In this document: positions 5,000-5,671 of the stretch, one piece after another
Layout of the letters: the number at the start of each line of letters is the position of its first letter
Position numbering within the stretch: the first letter of the stretch is position 1
DNA from: a virus
Virus record (IMG/VR): IMGVR_UViG_3300012973_000440
Location: 1-5,671 of that record
DNA length: 5,671 bases
Reading direction: 5' to 3' (one strand)
Notes under the pieces: generated by a model
Seen by the model: the letters and a program-made list of their open reading frames with translations, nothing else
Database searches by the model: none
What the model was told of the DNA's origin: nothing
Position numbers and translations under genes: made by a program

Positions 5000-5671
5000 T
5001 AGTATTGACCCTCCTCTGCGTTAGGATAGGTAGATAAAGCCGCAGTAATTAACGCGTTCACCTAATCTGCGGTTTGATACCCTTTATTATCAATTTCATT
5101 TTTTGTATAATAATTTGATAAATTAACACGAGTAGAACCAACTTGTTCAAAGCTACCATTTATATACAGATATTCATCATAATAATCCATAAAATTACTA
5201 CTATTATTTACTGGAAGCAAATAAATAGTATTGGAATTAGCTGCTTCTCCTGGTAGATTCTAAACAATTTCAACATTAAAACCAGGAGGTAGAGAGGCTA
5301 ACACCTCTAAAACAATTTCCGTCTTGTCGGCGTCTGTCCAGTAATCCGTTCCTCGAACAGGAGTATAACCGTTAGGGCCGGCCGGACCCTACACCCCTTC
5401 TTCCCCTCGAGGGCCAATCGGTCCCTATGGACCTACTTCTCCCTGAATGCCTTGTGGACCTTGGGGACCCGTATCACCCTTGGGCCCTTCAGGTCCAATG
5501 GGACCTTGAGGGCCTATATCTCCTTTAATACCTTGCTCGCCTTGAGGACCTTGAGGTCCAGTTAAACCAGTTTCTCCCTTAGGGCCAGCCGGACCTTGAG
5601 GACCTTGCTCACCAATCGGGCCTTGGGGCCCTTCAGGACCCACTAAAGCCGCGATATCAACCCAAGGGGAA
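4999..5671 (-). CDS. Collagen-like triple-helix repeat fiber protein; 5'-partial (start lies beyond the window)
   Basis: The frame is open from the window edge to TAA 5001-4999, apart from four TAGs (5425-5427, 5389-5391, 5260-5262, 5062-5064). It has 30 uninterrupted Gly-X-Y triplets, followed by [20 protein letters not shown]... and ...[34 protein letters not shown]..., a non-collagenous C-terminal part typical of phage collagen-like fibers (from memory). The track's GTG start at 5643 is internal; the frame continues upstream as [13 protein letters not shown]. Confidence 0.85.
5009..5016 (-). promoter_or_regulatory. Shine-Dalgarno site GAGGAGGG for the fiber-like gene
   Basis: Plus-strand CCCTCCTC, 9 nt upstream of ATG 4999. 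Confidence 0.7.
5368..5640 (-). repeat. Collagen Gly-X-Y tract, 30 consecutive triplets plus a closing Gly
   Basis: [71 protein letters not shown][TAG] [11 protein letters not shown][TAG] GPA GPN G. The periodicity is unbroken only if both TAGs are translated. Confidence 0.9.

Noticed and set aside
4833-5024. 63-aa plus-strand ORF in the supplied track
   Set aside because: It is antisense to the fiber-like gene start. It has no SD site and a low-complexity translation, and it spans the minus-strand gene junction. It is most likely a chance open frame.
1-5671. Fragmented ORFs as pseudogenes of a decaying prophage, or as sequencing errors
   Set aside because: All 20 interruptions are TAG. None is TAA or TGA, and there are no frameshifts. 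Frames are preserved across every interruption, SD sites and start/stop overlaps are intact, and conserved motifs continue after the TAGs. Random decay or error would not be this selective.
1-5671. TAG as pyrrolysine or another rare programmed recoding event
   Set aside because: A density of about 1 per 95 codons spread over 8 of 10 genes is far too high for site-specific recoding. The positions (collagen Y position, and before a P-Y-F motif) fit Gln. This cannot be formally excluded without the tRNA.
1-5671. Suppressor tRNA, other RNA genes, CRISPR array, IS element
   Set aside because: None was found. Minus-strand coding occupies essentially every base (intergenic gaps are 2, 2, 12 and 15 nt). 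There is no room for a tRNA-sized gene and there are no direct-repeat/spacer arrays. A suppressor tRNA, if present, must lie elsewhere on the element.

Overview
The whole window is one tightly packed minus-strand operon from the neck/tail structural module of a low-GC, siphovirus-like phage or prophage. It is only readable if TAG is translated as a sense codon. Under the standard code the supplied track shows short fragments. Translating by hand, those fragments join in frame across 20 TAG codons into 10 contiguous genes. In transcription order (high to low coordinates) they are: a collagen-like fiber protein; a second fiber-like protein; a membrane-anchored coiled-coil protein; an HK97-gp10-family neck protein with an odd Gly/Arg-rich transmembrane tail; a 67-aa ORF; a tail-terminator-like protein; a TP901-1-type major tail protein; a tail-assembly-chaperone-like protein; a 55-aa ORF where a tape measure gene is expected; and a Dit-like protein carrying tandem adhesin-like repeats. 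All 9 gene ends inside the window use TAA (8) or TGA (1), never TAG. There are no frameshifts and no in-frame TAA or TGA. Both TAGs in the collagen tract sit at the Y position of Gly-X-Y triplets, where Gln dominates, which points to TAG=Gln (a translation-table-15-like amber reassignment). I see no tRNA, rRNA, CRISPR array or transposase, and intergenic gaps are 15 nt or less. Family assignments come from motif recognition by eye and memory, not from searches.
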